DNA of 30,176 nt from Candidatus Nanoarchaeia archaeon (GTDB taxonomy: Bacteria; Patescibacteriota; Saccharimonadia; UBA4664; DATIHE01). How positions within the stretch are numbered: the first letter of the stretch is position 1; each line of letters starts with the position of its first letter. Shown here piece after piece: positions 23,873-30,176 of the stretch. The notes beneath the pieces were generated by a model, which did not search any database, had not been told where the DNA came from, and worked only from the letters and a program-made list of their open reading frames with translations. The translations under genes were made by a program, and so were the position numbers. The stretch is taken from NCBI GenBank assembly GCA_035481015.1, contig DATIHE010000026.1, positions 1-30,176 on the forward strand. Reading direction: 5' to 3'.

Positions 23873-25333
23873 ATGCCAGACGAAGCACCCAAGATTTCCA
23901 TCATTATCCCCGCATACAACGAAGCGACTTTGTTGACGTTGTGCTTGGAGTCGATCGAGGAGCAAGATTACAAAGGTACCTACGAGGTAATCGTTGTCGA
24001 TAACGGCTCTAGTGATCGCACCGCCGGCATTGCCAAGCTTTACGGTGCGCGGGTTATTAGTGAAACCGACCACCAGGGGCCGGTGTTTGCCCGCATAGCT
24101 GGTTTTAAAGCCGCACGCGGCGAGATATTGGTTTCGACCGACGCAGATTGTGTTGTGCCCCCAGACTGGCTGACAAACATCGCCAGGCACTTTCAGCGCA
24201 AGCGGGTGGCTGGGCTAATCATGGCCTTTGAATATACCACCGTAAATACCATTGCCAAGCGCACCGCCAGGTTACTACTACCATTAGCCATCTTTTTGGA
24301 CCGCTTGAGTGGCGGCCATTTTTCGGGTGCCAACTTCGCCGTTCGCCGTGAGGCTTATGATGCGGTTGGCGGTTTTGACCCTAAATTTACCACTTTCGAA
24401 GATGTTGATTTGTCGAATCGTTTGCGGCGAGCTGGCTACAAACTGAAGGTCGATAACAGTATCAGGGTCGCCACTTCGGCGCGCCGCTTCGGCGAAGGTT
24501 TCTTTGGCACCACCTGGAAGTATGTACTTTCCAGCTATGTATCAGCCGTGTTTTTCAAAAGGCCTTACCTGAAGGGGCTTGCCACGGTGCGCGAAAAGCC
24601 TTTTGATATAACCAGGAGAATTATTAAGCGTCCCGTGCTACTAGCAAGCGTCATTATTATTGTTGGCCTAGCGGTTTATCTGAGCTTCGACCCGCGTTTT
24701 AGTATTTACTCGATCGATCGGGCTAAAACCGACAAAAAAGTCATTGCCCTTACTTTTGACGACGGGCCCAGCGAGCCAGCGACAGATCAGGTGCTGTCAG
24801 TGCTGGCGCAAAATAAGGTTAAGGCTACCTTCTTTATGGTTGGCGACAATGTTGCCCGTCACCCCGATGTCGCTAAACGTGTCTTGCAAGACGGGCATGT
24901 CATCGGCAATCACAGCGATAGCCATAGCTACTTTATGGTTGGCTCGACCAGGCGTATTCTAAAAAATGTTGACGACGGCCAGCAGGAAATTTATCAAGCG
25001 ACTGGCGTTAAACCTCACTTTTACCGACCGCCGTTTGGCTTTAGGACTTTTTGGGGTGGACGAGCTATTGTCAAGGCCGGCTACACCGTGGTGACCTGGG
25101 ATGATATGACAACTGACTACTGGGGGCTGTCACCAGATCGAATCACTCAAAACATCGTCAAACACGCCAGACCTGGTGGTATTATCGTGCTGCATGACGG
25201 TCAAGAAAATAAAGCCGGTGCTAAACGCGATAATGTCGTCGCTGCTCTGCCGGAAATTATTCAACAACTACAGTCTCAGGGTTATAGCTTTGTAACGCTC
25301 GATGAGTTACTGGGTCAGACGGCCTACCGCTAA
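23873..25333 (+). CDS. Fusion of family-2 glycosyltransferase and NodB-type polysaccharide deacetylase
   Basis: GT2: ISIIIPAYNE, VVDNGSSD, STDADC, EDVDL. TM RPVLLASVIIIVGLAVYLSF. NodB: LTFDDGP, NHSDSH, YRPPFG, WDDMTTDY, LHDG. Confidence 0.93.
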   Translation: MPDEAPKISIIIPAYNEATLLTLCLESIEEQDYKGTYEVIVVDNGSSDRTAGIAKLYGARVISETDHQGPVFARIAGFKAARGEILVSTDADCVVPPDWLTNIARHFQRKRVAGLIMAFEYTTVNTIAKRTARLLLPLAIFLDRLSGGHFSGANFAVRREAYDAVGGFDPKFTTFEDVDLSNRLRRAGYKLKVDNSIRVATSARRFGEGFFGTTWKYVLSSYVSAVFFKRPYLKGLATVREKPFDITRRIIKRPVLLASVIIIVGLAVYLSFDPRFSIYSIDRAKTDKKVIALTFDDGPSEPATDQVLSVLAQNKVKATFFMVGDNVARHPDVAKRVLQDGHVIGNHSDSHSYFMVGSTRRILKNVDDGQQEIYQATGVKPHFYRPPFGFRTFWGGRAIVKAGYTVVTWDDMTTDYWGLSPDRITQNIVKHARPGGIIVLHDGQENKAGAKRDNVVAALPEIIQQLQSQGYSFVTLDELLGQTAYR

Positions 25334-25869
25334 ATGGTCGCGAGTTCGGCCAGCTTTTGGACCACCTGCCAGTTTCTAGTGGTAGCATCGTGGCCGATGA
25401 TCTTTTCGACCAGATGGTTGTCGAATACTGGCTTGGGGGAGTCTTTGCGCAAGCTGGTGTAGATAATTTGCACGCCGGGGTGGTAGGTTACATAGTCGTC
25501 GCTTCGCTCGGCCAATAATTGGCCAGCGGAGTCAGTCAGCTCACCGGCCAGAAAAGTTACATACCGTTTATAGTCTTCGCCCAATTCCTTGCCGCTAAAC
25601 GGATTATTGTCGACTATAGCCCGTAGCTGTTTTGGAGTTTTAATAAAAGCCACGATTTTATAGTCAAGCTGATCAGTAAGCTTGTCCTCTAGCAGCTGCT
25701 TGAGGTCGGTTGAGCTAAGCTCGGATTCAAAGATGATGTTGCCAGTTTGAATATAGGTACTGATGTTCTGTAAACCAAGTGTTGTGCACAATTCGCGCAA
25801 ATCACTCATTTTGATAATGCTGTGGCCACCAACATTGATCGCCCGCAGCAAGGCCACGTATTTCGCCAT
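25330..25869 (-). CDS. DUF1697 domain-containing protein
   Basis: YVALLRAINVGG..IKMSDL, TYIQTGNIIF, TTRNW; SD AAGGAGG. Confidence 0.92.
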   Translation of the reverse strand: MAKYVALLRAINVGGHSIIKMSDLRELCTTLGLQNISTYIQTGNIIFESELSSTDLKQLLEDKLTDQLDYKIVAFIKTPKQLRAIVDNNPFSGKELGEDYKRYVTFLAGELTDSAGQLLAERSDDYVTYHPGVQIIYTSLRKDSPKPVFDNHLVEKIIGHDATTRNWQVVQKLAELATI

Positions 25870-25958
25870 CCTGCCTCCTTGCGCTTAATTATAGCGGCAT
25901 AGTTGACGTTAAAGCTGATTGCTTTACAATTTAGGCTAAATATTATATAAAATAACCA

Positions 25959-27005
25959 ATGAATATGAATAACATTAGCAACCGAACGATTCTGCGCATC
26001 CTGGCCGTAACCGCCGGCTTTTTTGCGGCGATTTACGTAGCCTTCGTTTTGCGTCACGAATTAGTTTTGGTGGGTATCTCATTTTTCCTGGCTATAGCTA
26101 TAAATCCCCTGATAGAACGCTTGACGCCACGTATGCCACGTCAAAAACGACCCTTGGCCGTACTGTTAATTTATTTCTGTTTACTTATTGCCATCGGGCT
26201 AATGTTATCGGCGGTTTTACCGCCGCTGGTCGCCCAAACTAATGCCTTGGCGCACGACTTGCCTTCGTATGCCAACCGACTCGAGAGCTCCAACAGCCTA
26301 GCTGGTCAATTGCAAGTCCAGTCTGGGGTGGTCGACAAGCTCAGAACCAACCCCAACGGGGCATTGCAGTCGCTATTATTTAGCCGCGGCGCGTCGGTGC
26401 TCAACCTGGTCCAGAAGTTTTTCAGTAGCCTAGTGTCGGTATTAACCGTCTTTACGCTGACTCTGTTTATGCTGATCGAAGGACCGATTTGGCTGAAGCG
26501 TTTTTGGCAGTTCCAGGACAAAACCAAGCGTGCTCATCAGCAAAAACTAGCCGATGAAATGTACCAGGTGATTGCCAAATATGTCACAGTTAACTTGTTG
26601 TTTGCCCTGCTAGCCGCCTCGCTGGTAGTCCTACTGTTGTTTGCCTTCCGTATCCCGTTTGCCATTCCGCTAGCTGTTGTTGTTGGCGTGCTAGAGCTGG
26701 TGCCGCTGATCGGCGCCATTATTGGCGCAGTTATTGTTGGTCTGGTTTGCTTGCTAAATTCGGCGTTCGACGCCGCAGTTGCCATGACAGTTTTCTTCTT
26801 GGTTTATCAACACGTTAAAGGCAACTTTTTACACCCTCTAGTATTGGGAAAAACCATCGATCTGTCGCCTCTTTTGATTTTGATGAGCATCCTGTTGGGA
26901 GCTTCGTTTGCCGGCATCCTCGGGGCTTTGATCGCTGTGCCAGTCGGCGGTTGTCTGCAGATTCTAATTAAGGATTACTTGGCTAGCCATCGACGCGCGG
27001 GTTAA
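25959..27005 (+). CDS. AI-2E (PerM/UPF0118) family transporter
   Basis: FLAIAINPLI, LELVPLIGAIIG, GNFLHPLVLGKTIDLSP, GILGALIAVPV. Confidence 0.93.
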   Translation: MNMNNISNRTILRILAVTAGFFAAIYVAFVLRHELVLVGISFFLAIAINPLIERLTPRMPRQKRPLAVLLIYFCLLIAIGLMLSAVLPPLVAQTNALAHDLPSYANRLESSNSLAGQLQVQSGVVDKLRTNPNGALQSLLFSRGASVLNLVQKFFSSLVSVLTVFTLTLFMLIEGPIWLKRFWQFQDKTKRAHQQKLADEMYQVIAKYVTVNLLFALLAASLVVLLLFAFRIPFAIPLAVVVGVLELVPLIGAIIGAVIVGLVCLLNSAFDAAVAMTVFFLVYQHVKGNFLHPLVLGKTIDLSPLLILMSILLGASFAGILGALIAVPVGGCLQILIKDYLASHRRAG

Positions 27006-28482
27006 TTCGTCGCCAGCGCGGTCCATCAGCCGTATCTTCTAGCTCGATACCTTGGGCAAGCAGTTGTTTGCGGAGCTTGTCGGCGCCTTCGAAGTCCTTG
27101 TCTTGGCGCGCTCGTTCACGTTGTTCGACTAGAGACTTTTGTTTATTGGTCAGTTGCGATGCTTCGATAATAACGTTGGCTTCGGCCTGGGTCTTGGCGG
27201 CTAGCTCGATGTTGATTTTAGCCGTTATGCCTAGTACCTCTCTGACATGGGCAAAGAATTCCAGCAGGCCCGCTGCATCATCTGACTTCAGGTTTTCGGC
27301 GCCAAATTTTTCGACTTCCTTAATAGTTTTAAACATAACGGCCAATCCGCCAGGGGTATCTAAATCGTTAAGCAGTCTATTATCAAATTCCTCAGTTGAA
27401 GTAGAAACTAGGGTTGTTATGTCGCTGCTGCTCCCGCTGGGCAGATTCTCTAACCCGGCGAGGCGTGAAAAGAAGCTATTAATACCTTTGTAGGTGTTTT
27501 CGGCTGCTCGCAGTGATTGCCAGGTAAAGTTGAGCTCTGAACGATAATGAGCTTGCAGCATCAAGATCTTCAGGGCCATCGCCGAGTAACCTTTTTCTTC
27601 TAACTGCTCGAGTGTATACAGATTGCCAAGCGACTTACTCATTTTTTGACCATCAACCAGCAAGAACTCGTTGTGCAGCCAGATGTGTGCCAGCTCTTTA
27701 CCATAGGCCGCCTCGCTTTGGGCGATCTCGTTGGTGTGGTGGGTACCGATGTGGTCGATGCCACCGGTGTGAATGTCGATCGGCTCGCCTAGAGTGGCGT
27801 GGATAATGGCTGAGCACTCGGTGTGCCAACCCGGGAAACCTTCTCCCCATGGGGAGGGCCAGTGCATCGTGTGGTCTTTAAAGTGGCCGACCGTAAAGAA
27901 CCAAACTGCAAAGTCAAAGGGGTGTTTCTTGGCTGAGTCGGTGACGACTTCATCGCGGGCGCCTTGCAGCTTTTCATCCAAAGACTGCCCGCTTAGCTTG
28001 CCATAGTCATCCAGCTTAGTAACGTCAAAATAAATGGCTTGCTTGGTCTTGTAGGCGTAGCCTTTGTCGATCAGCAATTTAACAAGCTCGATTTGGTCGG
28101 CAATGCGATCAGTGGCTTTAATAAACTTGCCGGGGGGCAGTACATTTAGTCGCTCGGTATCTTCGACGTATTTCTTGGTGTAAAACTCAGCAACCTCCCA
28201 GACCGTCTTGCCTTCTCGTTCGGCACCCGTCTCAAGCTTGTCCTCGCCCTCGTCGGCGTCACTAACCAAATGCCCAACATCGGTGACGTTCATGACGTGG
28301 TTTAGTTTGTAGCCGGCTAATTTAATCACCCGGCGCAAAGTGTCGTTAAAGACGGCGTTGCGGAGGTTGCCAATATGGGCGTAATCGTAGACGGTCGGGC
28401 CACAGGTATAAAGTGAAACCTGGCCAGTTTTGATCGGCTTTAATTCCTCGAGTTTTTTGCTGGCAGTGTTAAAAAGTTTCAT
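26983..28482 (-). CDS. cysS: Cysteine--tRNA ligase
   Basis: YTCGPTVYDYAHIGN, GFPGWHTECSA, DIHTGGIDHIGTHHTNEIAQ, KMSKSLGN. Confidence 0.98.
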   Translation of the reverse strand: MKLFNTASKKLEELKPIKTGQVSLYTCGPTVYDYAHIGNLRNAVFNDTLRRVIKLAGYKLNHVMNVTDVGHLVSDADEGEDKLETGAEREGKTVWEVAEFYTKKYVEDTERLNVLPPGKFIKATDRIADQIELVKLLIDKGYAYKTKQAIYFDVTKLDDYGKLSGQSLDEKLQGARDEVVTDSAKKHPFDFAVWFFTVGHFKDHTMHWPSPWGEGFPGWHTECSAIIHATLGEPIDIHTGGIDHIGTHHTNEIAQSEAAYGKELAHIWLHNEFLLVDGQKMSKSLGNLYTLEQLEEKGYSAMALKILMLQAHYRSELNFTWQSLRAAENTYKGINSFFSRLAGLENLPSGSSSDITTLVSTSTEEFDNRLLNDLDTPGGLAVMFKTIKEVEKFGAENLKSDDAAGLLEFFAHVREVLGITAKINIELAAKTQAEANVIIEASQLTNKQKSLVEQRERARQDKDFEGADKLRKQLLAQGIELEDTADGPRWRRINPRVDG

Positions 28483-29501
28483 GGTATTAGACTAGTGTAC
28501 CGCAAATTGGGCTTGGCCGCTTGAATCAGTCGCTCAGTCTGGCCAATAGAGCGCTTGGCGGCGTCAGATTTGGCAAAGTGCGCCAGGTCGGCCGCGTCGT
28601 GTGCGTCAGAGCCAATAGTCTGCAAGCGCTCATGTCGTCCGGCCAGCTGACGCAAAAACAGCGACTCGGCCTCAACGTCGCGCTCAGTAATCATATTAAC
28701 TACGTCAGTCTCGATACCATCCAGCCGGCCGCTAGACAATAGCTCTTCGAGTTTGCTGGTTGGTAGCTTATTTTGGTCGAACCACCAGTGTGCCAGCACC
28801 GCCACTCCCCCAGCCTGTCTAATAAGTTCGACGTTAGCGTCTAAATCGAGCAAGGCGCCGCCAAAATCAGCCGGCGGCATCGAAATGAAAGAGCTTTTCT
28901 TCATAAACAACACATAGGGATAGCCGCGCGGGCCTTCCTTGATCATGCGGTCATATAAGAATTTAAGGTTCTCGTCCTTTTCGCCAGCTGCCTTCATATC
29001 GTCCATCATTTTTTGCATTAACTTGTGGTTCTCGGGGTATTTTTCGATGGCCTTGACGATATGAGGCGAACCAACGAAATCATTACCGGAAAACTCTAGA
29101 CAGTCGGCCTCGGTTAATTTGAAGCCTAGTCCAGTTAAATGGACTACAAAGTGCTTCATCCGTCGAATCCGGCTAGCGGCTAGTTCTTGGCAGCGGTCTA
29201 AAATGGCCTGGTTGGTAGGGTCAATAAATAAGCCCAGAACATGTAATGCAGCATGCGCCCCTTCTTGCTCGGTAATTTCCTTTGGCAGGTCAGAGGAGAG
29301 CTCGATGCCGACTAGCCAGCGCACCGGTCCCTGGTATGTCCTCAGCTGTTTTAATGTTTCAGCGTCGGGGAGCTGGTCGTGGTCGGTGAAGGCCACTACG
29401 CCGATATCGTACTTCTCGGCGCTGTCTAATAATTCCAAGTGGCTTTCGTGGCCATCAGAGTCCTTGGTGTGATTGTGTAGGGATTCGAATTGGAGGCTCA
29501 A
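28479..29501 (-). CDS. PHP domain phosphoesterase (YciV/TrpH-like)
   Basis: LHNHT..SDG, AFTDHD, GIELS, HVLGL, SPHI, VLAHW, GSDAH metal-ligand motifs. Confidence 0.9.
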   Translation of the reverse strand: MSLQFESLHNHTKDSDGHESHLELLDSAEKYDIGVVAFTDHDQLPDAETLKQLRTYQGPVRWLVGIELSSDLPKEITEQEGAHAALHVLGLFIDPTNQAILDRCQELAASRIRRMKHFVVHLTGLGFKLTEADCLEFSGNDFVGSPHIVKAIEKYPENHKLMQKMMDDMKAAGEKDENLKFLYDRMIKEGPRGYPYVLFMKKSSFISMPPADFGGALLDLDANVELIRQAGGVAVLAHWWFDQNKLPTSKLEELLSSGRLDGIETDVVNMITERDVEAESLFLRQLAGRHERLQTIGSDAHDAADLAHFAKSDAAKRSIGQTERLIQAAKPNLRYTSLIP

Positions 29502-30097
29502 AATACCTGCCTGCCTTCGAGGGCTCTGCCCAGGGTGATTTGGTCGGCATACTCCAGGTCGCCGCCGACCGGCAGGCCACGCGCAAGTCGGGTGATTTTA
29601 ACCGGCATGCCTTGCAGCTGCCGCCTAATATACATAGCCGTCGTCTCGCCTTCGGTTGATGGGTTGGTAGCTAGAATCACCTCTTGAATATGCTTGTCGG
29701 CAATGCGTTTCTGTAAACTATCAATTTGTAGCCGGTCGGGACCAATACCATCAATCGGCGAAATCACGCCGCCTAGCACATGGTATAGCCCTTTGTATAA
29801 GCCGGTCTTCTCAATCGCCACCACGTCGAGCGGCTCTTCAACCACAGCCACCACCTCGCCGTCACGATCTGACTGCTGACAGACAACACAAGTGGCTTCG
29901 TCACTTAGATTAAAACAAATCTGGCATTGCTGGACGTGGGTATGCAGATCTTGGACAGCCATGCCTAAGCGCTCCGCGGCAGCCTGGTCGCCACGCAGCA
30001 AATAAAAAGTCAGCCGCTCGGCCGAACGTGGCCCGACTCCGGGTAGCTTAGAAAATTCTTCGATCAGCTTAGCGACTGATTCGGGGATTATCTGCAA
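29498..30097 (-). CDS. recR: Recombination mediator RecR
   Basis: LPGVGPRSAERL, CQIC..C..C zinc finger, VVEEPLD, YHVLGG.ISP, ATNPSTEGETTA, ARGLPVGGDLEYAD. Confidence 0.98.
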   Translation of the reverse strand: MQIIPESVAKLIEEFSKLPGVGPRSAERLTFYLLRGDQAAAERLGMAVQDLHTHVQQCQICFNLSDEATCVVCQQSDRDGEVVAVVEEPLDVVAIEKTGLYKGLYHVLGGVISPIDGIGPDRLQIDSLQKRIADKHIQEVILATNPSTEGETTAMYIRRQLQGMPVKITRLARGLPVGGDLEYADQITLGRALEGRQVF

Positions 30098-30107
30098 AAA
30101 ATCTCTC

Positions 30108-30176
30108 CTACAGTCCTGGCAAGCCCAGTCCGCCGGCTACTGACTTCATGCGTTCCGCGGCGACTTGTTGTGACTG
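30108..30176 (-). CDS. ybaB: 3' end of YbaB/EbfC nucleoid-associated protein (partial)
   Basis: ...QSQQVAAERMKSVAGGLGLPGL*, the typical YbaB C-terminus, directly upstream of recR (conserved gene order). Confidence 0.85.
   Translation of the reverse strand, partial: QSQQVAAERMKSVAGGLGLPGL

Noticed and set aside
26983-27005. 23-nt convergent overlap of the AI-2E and cysS 3' ends
   Set aside because: Short tail-to-tail overlaps are ordinary in compact genomes
230-29879. Numerous 60-150 aa ORFs antisense or out of frame to recognised genes
   Set aside because: They lie wholly within well-supported CDSs, with no start signals or motifs
1-30176. CRISPR arrays, IS elements, integrases, reverse transcriptases
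   Set aside because: No spaced direct repeats, terminal inverted repeats with a transposase, or recombinase/RT motifs were found by eye

Overview
Chromosomal segment of a small-genome bacterium, most likely Patescibacteria/CPR (Saccharimonadia-like). This is inferred from the gene content: DUF3048, sortase, PEGA propeller, DUF4367 protein, divergent NnrD-like protein and compact overlapping genes. The left third holds a two-component pair, cell-envelope and shape genes (rlpA-like, DUF3048, TagA/WecB glycosyltransferase, mreB, PEGA protein, sortase), gltX and tRNA-Leu(CAA). The middle (~13.4-23.7 kb) is an accessory block: two GC-rich orphan genes, a thermonuclease/NDT-like/HIT run, a putative metal-handling module, an ABC-2 exporter, and cupin and VOC genes, ending at tRNA-Gln(TTG). 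The right end has a GT2-deacetylase fusion, DUF1697, an AI-2E transporter and the ybaB-recR-PHP-cysS run. No CRISPR array, integrase or transposase was seen. The best leads are: (1) a ~200-nt structured RNA candidate directly upstream of tRNA-Leu; (2) a His-rich membrane protein plus Cys-less cupredoxin and an N-terminal-His PKD protein, a candidate uncharacterised copper/metal uptake system; (3) GC-rich orphan transcription units with a structured, terminator-containing leader; (4) pervasive leaderless-type gene starts. All family assignments come from motif recognition by eye, not database searches.
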